Assembly (NCBI GenBank): GCA_002685965.1
Contig: NYZE01000009.1
Coordinates: 2,882 to 66,261 of the forward strand
DNA: 63,380 nucleotides
Reading direction: 5' to 3'
From: Planctomycetota bacterium
GTDB taxonomy: Bacteria > Planctomycetota > UBA1135 > GCA-002748355
The position numbers were made by a program, and so were the translations under genes. Below, one piece after another: positions 15,197 through 25,164 of the stretch; within the stretch, counting starts at the first letter, position 1; each line of letters opens with the position of its first letter. The notes beneath the pieces were generated by a model. The model was not told the DNA's origin. It saw only the letters and a list, made by a program, of their open reading frames with translations, and made no database searches.

Positions 15197-16978
15197 CTAG
15201 CCGCCGAGAAACTTCTTGATCGCGTCCGCGAAGGCCGGGGTCACGCTGAAGCTGGCCCTCACGTAGCGATCTCCTTCCTTCCAGAACAGGAAGACCGGAC
15301 TGCCCTTCGCCAGGTCGAAGTGGTTCCAGAGGACCTGCAAGATGAAGGCATCCTTCGACGGGACAAGCACGCGGTTGAGCGGAAGGAGGCCGTCCTTGGC
15401 CTGCACCTCAACCTGGGCGGCACCAATAGAGCTGGCGATCGCAACCTGTCCGGCGAAGTCGGGGCCAACGCGGTAGCCGATGGTCTTCTTCGCCAGCGCA
15501 TGCACTGCCGGTTCGTCGAGGGTTCCATCGAAACCGACCGGCACGGCAACCTCCCGCGTGCTGTCCGGTGCAAGCACTGGCTCGACGTCGGTGCGGCCGG
15601 CGCGGATCCACGCCTTCAGCCCACCGCATACGAGCGCCCGTGTTGCGGGCGGGAACCGAGGGTGTAGAGGGGTGAGCGTCACGAGCTCGCGCGCGCGTTC
15701 GGCGAACGGCGGTTTGGCACACGAGCCAAGCCCCCACAGGAAGCGATACGGGTCACGTCCCGCATCGGCGAGCACGACCGGGTCCCCTGGCTCGAGTTGC
15801 TCGGCGCAGGTGGCCGCGCTGTCGAGCACGGCTCGAACAAAGCCATCGTGCACGCGAAACTCGGCGCGGCGGTCGCGATGCGCGGGCCAGAGGAAGATGA
15901 TCGGCAGCATCGCCAAGACCAGGGTCGGCAGCGGCCGTCCGCGCGTGAAGCGTGCCGCAGCCACTGCCCAAACGGCTAGCACGCCGGCACATGCAAGATA
16001 TGCGAACCGTTGGTCGCCGCTGCGCATTGCCGGCAGGACCTGGGCCAGTGGTCCGAACAGGCCACCGGCGAGCAACAACACACCGGCGAGTTGTCGCTTC
16101 CACGCCGAGCGCACCATCAGGACGCCGAGCAGAGCAAGGACTGCAACTGCCACGAGCTTGCGGCCCTGATCGGGCAGCCCCGGGTTGAGCGCGCCGCCAA
16201 TCGTATTCAGCAAGCCGCCGGTCATGCCAGCGAGATCGAAGCCGGCCAGCGCCTGGAAGCGATAGCCGCCAACGATGTGACCAAGCACGACGAGCCGTAG
16301 CAGCAGGAAGGCGGGGATCAGGAGCAAGTATGGCAACGCCGGTAGCGCTCGCCCGAACAGCGCCGGCGCTGGGCGGTAGCTCGGATGTGGATCGAGCAGG
16401 TCGATACCGAGCGCAAGCAACGGAAAACCTATCGCAGATTCCTTCGTGGCAAGGGCAACGAGGACGGCCGCCCAAACGGGCCAGCGCTTGCCGCCGCGGC
16501 GCAGGCGCAGGTGGAACCACAGCGCGAGCAACAACGGCGGTGCAACGTGCGTGTCGACGCGTCCGGCACCCCAAGCAGCGGACGGAACAACGATCGGGTG
16601 CGCGATCCACAGCAGCGCGACGGCTGCAGCGAGCGCCAGGCCGGTGGCCCCGCCGACGAGTTCACGAAGGAGTGTGAACAGCAGCACTGCGGCGACGCCG
16701 ACCGCGAGTGCGTTCATGAGCAGAAAACCGAACGGATCGGCGCCAAACAACAGGTTGTCGAGCCCAAACGACAGCGTGATGAACGGCCGGTAGAAGCTGA
16801 AGAAGGTCAGGTCGTACTGCGGGCCAGCGAAGTCGGCGAGGCAGTTGGTCAGGTCGGAAGCGTAGCGGATCGCGACGTAGTCATCGGACTTGAGCTCGGC
16901 GCCGCCGGGCCAGTGCAGCGCGAGCGCGGCAGCGACGAGTGCCAAGCAGACGAACGGGACGAGGCGGGGGCCGAACAC
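15197..16978 (-). CDS. polytopic membrane protein, GT-C fold glycosyltransferase (PMT_2/TMTC-like, no TPR tail)
   Basis: 593-aa ORF with at least 10 hydrophobic segments. The N-terminal DDYVAIRYA...FYRPFITLSFGLDNLLFGADPFGFLLMNALAV matches the YRP..LS...D......P.G.H..N signature of PMT_2/TMTC-type mannosyltransferases. The GTG start lies immediately after the upstream stop. Confidence 0.6.
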   Translation of the reverse strand: MFGPRLVPFVCLALVAAALALHWPGGAELKSDDYVAIRYASDLTNCLADFAGPQYDLTFFSFYRPFITLSFGLDNLLFGADPFGFLLMNALAVGVAAVLLFTLLRELVGGATGLALAAAVALLWIAHPIVVPSAAWGAGRVDTHVAPPLLLALWFHLRLRRGGKRWPVWAAVLVALATKESAIGFPLLALGIDLLDPHPSYRPAPALFGRALPALPYLLLIPAFLLLRLVVLGHIVGGYRFQALAGFDLAGMTGGLLNTIGGALNPGLPDQGRKLVAVAVLALLGVLMVRSAWKRQLAGVLLLAGGLFGPLAQVLPAMRSGDQRFAYLACAGVLAVWAVAAARFTRGRPLPTLVLAMLPIIFLWPAHRDRRAEFRVHDGFVRAVLDSAATCAEQLEPGDPVVLADAGRDPYRFLWGLGSCAKPPFAERARELVTLTPLHPRFPPATRALVCGGLKAWIRAGRTDVEPVLAPDSTREVAVPVGFDGTLDEPAVHALAKKTIGYRVGPDFAGQVAIASSIGAAQVEVQAKDGLLPLNRVLVPSKDAFILQVLWNHFDLAKGSPVFLFWKEGDRYVRASFSVTPAFADAIKKFLGG

Positions 16979-19567
16979 TCAGTCCTTGATAGCGCCTTGC
17001 TCGATCCAGAGCTTGATGATCCTGCGCGCAGTTGGTGACATCGGCGGTCTGTTCTCGGGCATCTGCACGCCGAACGGCGGAAAACGGTCTTCCACCTTGC
17101 GCCAGAACAAGCTCGCCGCGGGATCGGCCGGCACGACGATCTTCATCTGGTCACGGAACGCCCCGCCGCGCAGCAGGTCGCCCCAGGTATCGCACTGGAA
17201 CTCGCCCTGGTTGGCGCCACCGGTGTGACAGTCGGCGCAGTGCAGGATCAGGAGCGGCAGAACGTCTCGGCTGTAGTGCACGCGCCGCGTCGGGATGTCG
17301 AGGCCTGCCCGTTGCGCTCCATTCTCGAGGGCGTTGGCGAAGAGCGGCGGCAAGGAGCCCGTTCCAACTTCGACGACACCATCGCCATCGGTGTCGGGAT
17401 TGCCGTCGGCGAACACTTCGCCAGTCGCAGGCCACTCGGATAGCACGATGCCGGCCGAACGCAGGGTGAGATAGAGCTGCTCGACGTCAGCGAGGCGGGC
17501 GCTGTTGTTGGTACGTGCGTACCACGCGGAAAACGCTTCGAAGAGGCGCGCGGCGTCGGCAGGCGTAATCCGACTGGAACGCGCTCCGACGAAGGTCCGC
17601 GGACGCCCGTCGAGATACCGCAGGAGATACTTCCCGGCTCGCTCGGCCGCGTTTTCGAGCGCGGAGCTGTCAAGCACGCGTGCGGCTTCGAAGAGACCAG
17701 CAACGACGGCGGCGGCGCCGCCGATCGATGCGGGCGCGGTCGCCAGTTCGTCGGTGTCGATTCGGTAGCTCTCGTGGATCGTGCCGTCGAGGGCGACGAG
17801 CTTCTCGGCAACGAAGGTCGCATGCGAACGCAGGACGGGCTCTATCGTCATCGCTAGCTGGGGCGAAGCTTCGTGCGCGCCTGCGAGGGCCTGCAGCGCT
17901 TCCCCAGCCGAGTCGGCCATGACGAGCACGCCGGGACCGGTGAGATCGGCCCGATCGATCAAGGCGCCGGACTTACTGTCGAGGTGCTGCGTGACCAGGT
18001 TGCGCACGACGACGACGACGCCGTCGAGGCCGTGTTTCGCATCGACTTGTTTCTTGTTCGGATCCTTCTCGAGGGCGCCGGTATCGATCCACTCGGCGAT
18101 CAGATCCGTCGAGGCCTTCGACAGGTAGGGTCCGCCGTCCGGCATGCGTCGTGAAACGGGCGGCTTGGCGAGCGCAGTGATCTGCCAGAGCAGGCTCTGC
18201 GCCGACTGAGTCTTGACCACTGTGGGGTTGGTGCTCGCGTGGTCGCCACCGGCGAGCACGGATGCGTAGTCCTTGACGGAGAAGCCGCCCTGGTTGCCCG
18301 GGTTGTGGCAGAAACTCCCGCTACAACTGCCGGCCAGGAGGCCTTTGAGGTGGGTGTTCCAAGTGATCGCCTCGGCGACCGGCGATACTTGGCCCGTGCC
18401 GCTGCCCTCGTCACTGTTGCCGTTGAGAGTCTGCGGGCCTTTCCCGAACGGATCGCCTTCGAACAACCGGCGCAGGAGATGGTTCGGCTGTTGCGGCGAC
18501 GCAAGCCAGGCGAGCTCGGCGAAGCCACGCAGGAGACGAGCCTGGTCGATCAGATTGGAACCACGATCCTTGAGATAGAACGAAGGTCGCTGCGGCAGTC
18601 CGGGGCCTTCATCGGCAAGCGTGTAGGAGATGCGCGCAGGGAAGACGATGGCGTTCTTGGCCGGATCATAAGCCTGGGGATCGGCGATGCCGCCAACCGT
18701 TGCGCCGTCGAAGGCGAGCTCTTGGATCATCAACCGCTCGGCAGCGATCGCCTTCTCGAGCAGGAGCAGGCCGCGCATGCCTTCTTCCGGTGTGCGTCCG
18801 TAGAGGTCACCGCGGCCGAACGACAGCAGGCCGGCGGCGCGCCGCGTCAGCGCGAGGATCGCTGCACCGACGTCGCCGGGCGTGAAGTTCAGGTCGGTAG
18901 CCGGGGTCGACGAAAGGCGCAGCCCCTTGGCGTCGGTGCGTGAGGCGGGAGTCCCGGCGAGTCGGTCGGGCAGCAGCGTCGGCAGCACGAAGCCCTGACC
19001 GAGACCGGCGGGCACTGGAGCGTTGCTGCGAAACACGAAGCGGTCGCGGAGCTTGGTCAGCGTTTCATCGCGGTTGGTGCCGTTCTTGTTGTCATCGCCG
19101 GGCGCACCAGAACGTTGCGAGAGCTCCGCGACGAGCGGCGACCAAACCGGGTCGATCCCGGCACCGCTCTCGAGGGTCAGAAACCGCAGCGCACCGCTCG
19201 CCGTCAGCACGAGTTCTCGCGCCAGCACCGCGTCGATCGGCGGCAACTTGGCCCCTGTTCCACCCGGCCGGGCCACGTCGCCCGCCAACAGGGCCGCCGC
19301 GAGCCCGAAGGCACCACCGGACGGGAGCCGGCCAGCGACACGCCTCAGGGTGAGCAGATCCGCGCGATTCTCCGCCGTCGTCGAGCCGTTGGAGCAGGCT
19401 CCGGCGAGCAGGGCGAGGGCACAGCCCAGGGGACAGAGGAAGCGCTTCGGGGTCACTTCTTCAGAATAACGTCTTCCACGGTCAGCGGCCGCCAGCTCAC
19501 CCGCGAGATCCTCGTAACCGAGGTCGCTTTCCATGAAACGCCGGTGGCACAGGTGGCGATGACGCAC
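16979..19567 (-). CDS. large lipoprotein with two Planctomycete cytochrome c (PSCyt1-like) domains
   Basis: Lipobox LALLAGAC. The start is uncertain: ATG 19567, ATG 19534 or GTG 19456. The internal domain is SCSGSFCHNPGNQGGFSVKDYASVLAGG...RRMP...LIAEWIDTGA. The C-terminal domain is VLPLLILHCADCHTGGANQG...VQMPENRPPMS...IIKLWIEQGA. Confidence 0.75.
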   Translation of the reverse strand: MRHRHLCHRRFMESDLGYEDLAGELAAADRGRRYSEEVTPKRFLCPLGCALALLAGACSNGSTTAENRADLLTLRRVAGRLPSGGAFGLAAALLAGDVARPGGTGAKLPPIDAVLARELVLTASGALRFLTLESGAGIDPVWSPLVAELSQRSGAPGDDNKNGTNRDETLTKLRDRFVFRSNAPVPAGLGQGFVLPTLLPDRLAGTPASRTDAKGLRLSSTPATDLNFTPGDVGAAILALTRRAAGLLSFGRGDLYGRTPEEGMRGLLLLEKAIAAERLMIQELAFDGATVGGIADPQAYDPAKNAIVFPARISYTLADEGPGLPQRPSFYLKDRGSNLIDQARLLRGFAELAWLASPQQPNHLLRRLFEGDPFGKGPQTLNGNSDEGSGTGQVSPVAEAITWNTHLKGLLAGSCSGSFCHNPGNQGGFSVKDYASVLAGGDHASTNPTVVKTQSAQSLLWQITALAKPPVSRRMPDGGPYLSKASTDLIAEWIDTGALEKDPNKKQVDAKHGLDGVVVVVRNLVTQHLDSKSGALIDRADLTGPGVLVMADSAGEALQALAGAHEASPQLAMTIEPVLRSHATFVAEKLVALDGTIHESYRIDTDELATAPASIGGAAAVVAGLFEAARVLDSSALENAAERAGKYLLRYLDGRPRTFVGARSSRITPADAARLFEAFSAWYARTNNSARLADVEQLYLTLRSAGIVLSEWPATGEVFADGNPDTDGDGVVEVGTGSLPPLFANALENGAQRAGLDIPTRRVHYSRDVLPLLILHCADCHTGGANQGEFQCDTWGDLLRGGAFRDQMKIVVPADPAASLFWRKVEDRFPPFGVQMPENRPPMSPTARRIIKLWIEQGAIKD

Positions 19568-19745
19568 GGTTTGACGGGGCAGGTCTGGCGCCGACCGATC
19601 GCTACGAGCGACGTCGTGGCCGGGTCGAGAAGGAGGCCGCTCCCCATGGCCTGCCGATCATGGAGCTCTTGCCTCACTGCTAGAGACAGAACGTCAACAC
19701 CTCCCCTTCCCTACAAAACACCGTCGAGTAGCATCGTGACGGCGG

Positions 19746-19822
19746 GCGCCCGTAGCTCAGCTGGATAGAGCACGGCATTCCTAATGCCGGGGTCGCAGGT
19801 TCGAATCCTGCCGGGCGTACCA
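19746..19822 (+). tRNA. tRNA-Arg (anticodon CCT)
   Basis: It folds by hand into a cloverleaf: acceptor GCGCCCG/CGGGCGT, D arm GCTC-AGCTGGATA-GAGC, anticodon arm CGGCA-TTCCTAA-TGCCG, variable loop GGGTC, T arm GCAGG-TTCGAAT-CCTGC, discriminator A and an encoded CCA. Length is 77 nt. Confidence 0.9.
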
Positions 19823-19943
19823 CTTGTATTCCCCGCGGATCGACCCCGGTCGCCCAGACCCGCCACCGTCCAAGCGCGCCAGCACCGAAAGTGCGGCGAG
19901 TGCATCTCTTGAAATCCTGAATCTCGAGGACCCCGGGGCCTTG

Positions 19944-20795
19944 TTAGCGGGGAATCCGCAGGCTAGCCGTGACAGGCAGGTGGTCGGACGGCCAGCGACC
20001 CTCGAAGCACGAACGGTCGATCGCAGCTTCGATCACGGTCCCGGCACCGTGCACGAGCACATAGTCGATCTTGCGACCGCCGGACCTTGGCTTGAAACCG
20101 GTGAACGTGCCGACGTCCTTGGCTGTCGGATGCGCCACGCGGAACGCGTCACGGAACCCCGCGCTTCGCAGGCGCTCCAGTGGCCGGCTGCTTTCGGCGG
20201 CGTTGAAATCACCAGTGAGGATCAAGGTCTTGCCGCCGGGTCGCTGAGCAAGCAGTCGCTGTGCGATCAGATCGGCACTCTCTCGGCGGGCCTGACGACC
20301 ACGATGGTCGAAGTGGGTATTCGCGAACACGAACTCACACCCCGTACGACGATCGTGCAAGCGCACCCAGCTACAGATCCTCGGTAGCGCGGCATCCCAC
20401 CCACGGCTCGCCGTCTTGTCCGGCGTCGGCGACAGCCAGAAGGTGGCCTTGGCCATGACCTCGAAACGGTCGCGGCGCCAGAAGAGCGTGCACGATTCTC
20501 CATTCGCGCCCTGTCGGCTCGGGCCGTACGAGTCGTGGCCCGTCAGAGCCCGTTGCATGTGCCGCGCCTGGAACGGCAGCACCTCCTGCAAGCCGAGCAG
20601 ATCGGGGTCGTAGGTCCGCACGGTGCGAACGACGAGCCCCTTGCGCTTGTTCCAGTGATTGGCGCCGTCCCGCGCGGTGCCGTAGCGAATATTGAAACTC
20701 ATGACCCGGAACGAATCGTCAGCTGGCACAGCGTCGCCGCTGGCGCATGCGCTCAACACGAGCAGCCCGATCGGAGTGATCGCCAGTCGGAACAT
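19944..20795 (-). CDS. endonuclease/exonuclease/phosphatase (EEP) family lipoprotein
   Basis: Motifs are FRVMSFNIRYG...DPDLLGLQEV...NTHFDH...GDFN...SDHLPV. ATG 20795 gives the lipoprotein signal MFRLAITPIGLLVLSAC; ATG 20843 is an alternative. The longer ORF to 21113 overlaps the upstream gene. Confidence 0.8.
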   Translation of the reverse strand: MFRLAITPIGLLVLSACASGDAVPADDSFRVMSFNIRYGTARDGANHWNKRKGLVVRTVRTYDPDLLGLQEVLPFQARHMQRALTGHDSYGPSRQGANGESCTLFWRRDRFEVMAKATFWLSPTPDKTASRGWDAALPRICSWVRLHDRRTGCEFVFANTHFDHRGRQARRESADLIAQRLLAQRPGGKTLILTGDFNAAESSRPLERLRSAGFRDAFRVAHPTAKDVGTFTGFKPRSGGRKIDYVLVHGAGTVIEAAIDRSCFEGRWPSDHLPVTASLRIPR

Positions 20796-20988
20796 CACGC
20801 CGCTCAGTCTACTTCCCTCCAGCCTACGCTGGATCACATCCATGACTCGAATCCGCACCGTCGTAGCGCCGCGATACTGAGTGGCTAGACGTGACGCTCG
20901 CGCACCAAGTTCGAGCAACGTATCGCCGGCCATCCACTCGTTCCGACGATCCAGGAACAGGCGGCGCAGCACGTGAGAACTTGCGTCG

Positions 20989-22044
20989 CTATCGTGGCAG
21001 GATGCCGCGCAGCACACGCAAGAACGCCGCGGCCTGCCGCTGGAACCCGAGGTCGGTCGGATGCGAACCGTCCACAGTGTCGTCGCCGTCGACGCCGAGC
21101 AACTCTTCACCACGCAGGTAGTGCAGGTTCTTTTGCCCAGCCGTGACGAGCACGTCGAAGGCCGCGCGCAGTGACTTGCGGTTCTCGGAGTTGCGCTTGC
21201 GTAGATGGCTCACGAGGAAGCTGCTCGGATACGTACGATCCTCGACCACGAGGATCGGCGTCGCGGGGTGCTTGGCGCGGAGCGCACGCACGCAAGGGCC
21301 AAGCCGCTTGCCCGCCTCGTCGCCACTGAGATTGGGACAACAGTCGAGGATGTAGACGGCGGCATCTACCTCGGCCATGAGTTCGGCGACTTCGGTCTCG
21401 AGGCGGCCGTTGCCCGAGAAGCCGAGGTTGACGATCGGGTAGCCGAGACGGCGACCGACAATCGCCGGGTGCGCCATCCCGGGCCGCGAAGCGCATGCAC
21501 CGTGCGTGATCGACGTTCCGTAGAAAACGATCGGTTTGTGCTTGGGCGCCTTCCCCTTCTCGATCTTCGCGTCGGAGGGCACGCCGATTTCGACCGAGCT
21601 CACGCCGTTGTAGAGCGGAAGGTACAGCAGGTATTGCCGCTGCGTCTTGGCGAGATGGGCGACGAGCCGGGCCGAACTGACCGGGAACTCGGGCCACCCG
21701 ACCGCGAGCCACCGCCACTGGCCTTCGTGTCGCACGTAGAGGTCGACGCCGCTGACACCCGTCGCCGGCATCTGCGACATCGCCAACCTCTTCTTGGTCA
21801 GCTTCCACCGCACATGGATTGCCGTCGCGTCCGTCGCGAAACGCACACACATGCCAGCCGAATCACGACTCAGATCCCACACCGCCTTACGCACCTTGGC
21901 CTCGGCCTTCGCCGGCAGGCGATCGAACGGCGCCTTGGTGCCCTTCCACGCCTTGCCCTCGACGCCGAAGGCGTGCACATCGTGCCAAACAACGCCCCCT
22001 CCCTGCAGGACGAGAAGCGCGAAAAACAGCGCTGCTTGCATCAC
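20989..22044 (-). CDS. SGNH/GDSL-type hydrolase (Lipase_GDSL_3-like) with an N-terminal beta domain, secreted
   Basis: Signal-like N-terminus MMQAALFFALLVLQ. Motifs are IVFYGTSITHGACAS, NLGFSGNG and DGSHPTDLG (SGNH blocks). The start overlaps the stop of the upstream peptidase gene. Confidence 0.75.
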   Translation of the reverse strand: MMQAALFFALLVLQGGGVVWHDVHAFGVEGKAWKGTKAPFDRLPAKAEAKVRKAVWDLSRDSAGMCVRFATDATAIHVRWKLTKKRLAMSQMPATGVSGVDLYVRHEGQWRWLAVGWPEFPVSSARLVAHLAKTQRQYLLYLPLYNGVSSVEIGVPSDAKIEKGKAPKHKPIVFYGTSITHGACASRPGMAHPAIVGRRLGYPIVNLGFSGNGRLETEVAELMAEVDAAVYILDCCPNLSGDEAGKRLGPCVRALRAKHPATPILVVEDRTYPSSFLVSHLRKRNSENRKSLRAAFDVLVTAGQKNLHYLRGEELLGVDGDDTVDGSHPTDLGFQRQAAAFLRVLRGILPR

Positions 22045-23891
22045 TTGGTGCCCGCCCTCTTCAGCGCTGCGGCGCCACCGACGACCGGCAACTCAAGCGA
22101 AGTCGCATCCAGGTCGATGGTCAATTCCGTGCCAGGCTGCGGCCACAACGTGAAGTCGCGATCGCTCGAGAAGATCATCAGGCCGATCTTCTGCCCGACC
22201 GGGATGATCTGGTCGTCGGGCTGCAGGTCGAAGGCCAGGTCATAGAACTTGCCGGGCTCGAGCGGCGCGCTCTGGTTCAGTGACGCGTAATTCTGCGGGT
22301 CAGCCCAACCGCGAGTGATCAGGTTGCGGTTGGGACGACGACGCTGCGCCGGATCCCACGGCAGCGACACGAGCCAGACAGACAGGTTCGCTGCGGCCTT
22401 GCTGCTCGCGACGCGAATCTTGATGCTAGGCGTCCCCGACAAGTGCACGGCTTTCGTCAACTTTGGCGTCGCGTAGAGCAGTCGGTGCGACAAGTCGACC
22501 TGCGCAAGCTCCGCGCCTGGAAAGGTCACGTCGTCGACGAGCGTCTCCTTCCCTTGCTTGGGTTTGCGCTTGGTGCCCATCTTGGCGAGGCCGCCGCCGC
22601 CCTTGCGCGGATATAGCATCACCGGCGCAGCCTTCGGGTTCGGGTAGTCGGCGTAGGGCGTTGGCTTGGTGCGACGCTCGTCCTCACGCACGATCCAGGC
22701 ACGTGGGTCCTTCTCGACGCCGTTCTCGACACCGTAGAGGTAGCGCGTGAACCAGCGGTTCATGAGCTTGAGCGGCGGCGCGCCGCCGTGGCCTCCCTGG
22801 TGGAAGTAGCATTGCACCGGCACACCCTTTTTCCTGAGCGACGTGTAGATGGACGTGCTATGCGCGGGCATGACGTTCCAGTCGTTGAACCCATGCGCTA
22901 TCAGGGTAGCGGCCTTGTACTTCTGCAGCTGAATGCGGTAGTTGCGACCGGCCCAGAAGTCGTTGTAGTCGCCAGTGACGCGGTCGAACCCCTCTGCGAG
23001 CACCTTGTCCCGCACCTCGCAGTCGCAATGCTCACGCCGTTCGGGGTTGCCGCTGTGGATGAAGTTGAACAACACATCGATGTCCTCCCCCATCCATCCA
23101 CCCGGGTGCCGGACCAGGCCGTTCGAGCGGTAGTAGTGGTAGTAGGACGTATTCGGCGCGACAGGAATGACCGCCTCGAGACCATCGACTCCAGTCGTCG
23201 CAGCCGCGATCGGCAGCGTGCCGTTGTACGACGTGCCGGTCATGCCAACCTTGCCGGTACACCAGAACGCATTCACCTCTTCACCACCGAAAGGCTCCGT
23301 GTACCCCTTGGCGCGCCCGTTCAGCCAGTCGATGACAGCCTTTGGCGCCAGCGACTCGTTCTTGCCGCCGACGGTCGGGCAGCCTTGCGACAGGCCGGTA
23401 CCCGGAGATGCCGAGTGAACGACCGCGAAACCGCGCGGCACCCAGACCCGGACTTGCGAACGGTTCATGAGTGGTCGGTTGTTGCGCGCCTTGATCTGCG
23501 GCGGATTCGGGCGTTTCTTCGGCTGCGCGCCGACCTCTTGTCTTGGGTTCCAGAAGAACCGACGGTCTGTCGACGAGGTTCCCGAAAAGTATGGGCTCGT
23601 CTCGTAGACGACCGGGACCTTGAGCTTCTGCGAGTCGGTCTGCCCCTGTCTCGTCACGTCGACGTGCACACGGTCGAGCTTGCCATCGCCGTCAGTGTCG
23701 AACTCGGTCTCGACCCACAGGTCGTGTTGGATCCACTTGCCGGGGCTCTTGAAGCCGTCGACGACTTGCGCCTGACCGTCGCGGAAAACCGGCCGGGCGC
23801 GCCGCTGCGCTGGCAAACCCTCGAGTAACACGGCGACTGCCAGCGTCGGCAGGCCGAACGCGTAGATCCTGAACAGGCGTATGGGCGTCAT
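22041..23891 (-). CDS. Xaa-Pro dipeptidyl-peptidase / CocE-NonD (S15) family serine hydrolase, secreted
   Basis: 616 aa with a signal peptide. It has the nucleophile elbow VGMTGTSYNGTLP (GxSYxG), AHGFNDWNV and a C-terminal beta-sandwich region. Confidence 0.85.
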   Translation of the reverse strand: MTPIRLFRIYAFGLPTLAVAVLLEGLPAQRRARPVFRDGQAQVVDGFKSPGKWIQHDLWVETEFDTDGDGKLDRVHVDVTRQGQTDSQKLKVPVVYETSPYFSGTSSTDRRFFWNPRQEVGAQPKKRPNPPQIKARNNRPLMNRSQVRVWVPRGFAVVHSASPGTGLSQGCPTVGGKNESLAPKAVIDWLNGRAKGYTEPFGGEEVNAFWCTGKVGMTGTSYNGTLPIAAATTGVDGLEAVIPVAPNTSYYHYYRSNGLVRHPGGWMGEDIDVLFNFIHSGNPERREHCDCEVRDKVLAEGFDRVTGDYNDFWAGRNYRIQLQKYKAATLIAHGFNDWNVMPAHSTSIYTSLRKKGVPVQCYFHQGGHGGAPPLKLMNRWFTRYLYGVENGVEKDPRAWIVREDERRTKPTPYADYPNPKAAPVMLYPRKGGGGLAKMGTKRKPKQGKETLVDDVTFPGAELAQVDLSHRLLYATPKLTKAVHLSGTPSIKIRVASSKAAANLSVWLVSLPWDPAQRRRPNRNLITRGWADPQNYASLNQSAPLEPGKFYDLAFDLQPDDQIIPVGQKIGLMIFSSDRDFTLWPQPGTELTIDLDATSLELPVVGGAAALKRAGTK

Positions 23892-24004
23892 GCCGCGCTA
23901 GGCTACCCGCTTCGTGAGCCCTTACGATCCGCACGCTCCATGAAGTTCTGCCCTCGGACCCGGTGGCTGCTAGTCGCCGTCCCCACGATCGGCGAGTAGC
24001 AGCA

Positions 24005-25132
24005 ATGCGCATCGCCGCTTACGTCTACTCCGGTTGGCACCCGATCCCCGAGCGCGACGAGAGCTTTCACGAAGGCTTCACCGAGTGGCAGCTCGTTCGC
24101 GACTGCCGGCCACGCTTCGAGGGCCATGCGCAACCGCGCGTGCCGTTGCTCGGCGAATACGATGATCGCGACCCGACCGAAGTTGGCGCCCGCGTGCGGC
24201 TGGCCACGAGCTACGGCGTCGACGCGCTCGTCTACGGCGTGTTCTGGTGCCGCGGCAAGCGCGTGTTCGAGGCGGGGCTCGACCGTGGGTTCCTCGGGTC
24301 GCCCGAGGGACAGACCGTTCCGTTCGCTTGCATGTGGGCCAATCGCATGCCGCGCCGGGTCCTACCGGTGCGACGCACCCATGCGCCAGTCATCGACGCG
24401 ACGCGCCTTGTGCCCTCCGACGTCGACGACTTCGTGCGCTTCGTGGAAGTCTTGGCTGAGTCCTACTTCGTCCGGGCGAACTACTTGACCGTCGAGGGCC
24501 GGTCCTACTTCTCGATCTACGACTCGACCTTCTTCCTGCGCGAGTTGGGTGTCGACAATGCACAGAAGGCGATCGCCGAAGCCCGCCGCTGGCTCACGTC
24601 GCACGGCCACCGCGACATCCACCTCGCCGCCATCGAGCCCAACGCCGCGTGCCTTCCGCTCGTCCGCGAAGCCGGGTTCGACAGCGTCACGCACTACGTC
24701 TTTCTCCCGGACTGGAAGGGACCGCCGCGGCAAGACTACCGCGAGCATGCGCAGGCGCGTGCGGCGGAGTGGAGTGAATTCGCGGCAGGCTCCGGGCTGC
24801 CCTACATGCCAAGCGTCGCGCCTGGTTGGGACGCTTCGCCCCGCGCCGCGGACTTCGGCGACGAACAGTCCGACAAGTACCCGTGGTCTCCAGTGGTCGT
24901 CGGTGAGCACCCAGAGCTGTTCCATGAAGCCCTCGGTCGCGCGCGCTCGTTCCGCGCGAGGGTCTCCGTCGACGACCCGCTCGTGTTTGTCGCGTCGCTC
25001 AACGAATGGAGCGAGGGGCACTACATCGAACCCGACCAACGCTTCGGCCACGGCTGGCTGGAGGCCATTGCGGGTGCAACTGGACAAGGAAGCCACCGCA
25101 GGTGTGATCTACGGGATGGTGGCCGCCAATAG
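24005..25132 (+). CDS. WbsX-like (Glyco_tran_WbsX / GH99-like) polysaccharide-related protein
   Basis: ATG 24005 gives MRIAAYVYSGWHPIPERDESFHEGFTEWQLV, the typical N-terminus of the WbsX family. Also present: NEWSEGHYIEPD. Confidence 0.7.
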   Translation: MRIAAYVYSGWHPIPERDESFHEGFTEWQLVRDCRPRFEGHAQPRVPLLGEYDDRDPTEVGARVRLATSYGVDALVYGVFWCRGKRVFEAGLDRGFLGSPEGQTVPFACMWANRMPRRVLPVRRTHAPVIDATRLVPSDVDDFVRFVEVLAESYFVRANYLTVEGRSYFSIYDSTFFLRELGVDNAQKAIAEARRWLTSHGHRDIHLAAIEPNAACLPLVREAGFDSVTHYVFLPDWKGPPRQDYREHAQARAAEWSEFAAGSGLPYMPSVAPGWDASPRAADFGDEQSDKYPWSPVVVGEHPELFHEALGRARSFRARVSVDDPLVFVASLNEWSEGHYIEPDQRFGHGWLEAIAGATGQGSHRRCDLRDGGRQ

Positions 25133-25164
25133 TTGCGCTCGCACGGCAGGTGCGACGTAGCCCA

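Noticed and set aside
16976-16981. A second case of two same-frame minus-strand ORFs (16979-19567 and 15197-16978) separated by a single TGA. It could be read as another selenocysteine or read-through site.
   Set aside because: The context is ...WIEQGAIKD-TGA-VFGPRLVPFV... There is no Cys or redox motif nearby. The TGA lies at a natural domain end, the end of the PSCyt domain, and the next ORF begins with its own first TM helix. Being in the same frame has a 1-in-3 chance. Simple stop-then-GTG re-initiation (TGAGTG) explains it.
19746-19943. The tRNA-Arg gene as a possible integration site of a genomic island.
   Set aside because: No integrase, recombinase, transposase or phage-like ORF occurs anywhere in the window. 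I found no repeat of the tRNA 3' end. The downstream genes are ordinary hydrolases with the same composition as the rest. A whole-window repeat search was done only by eye.
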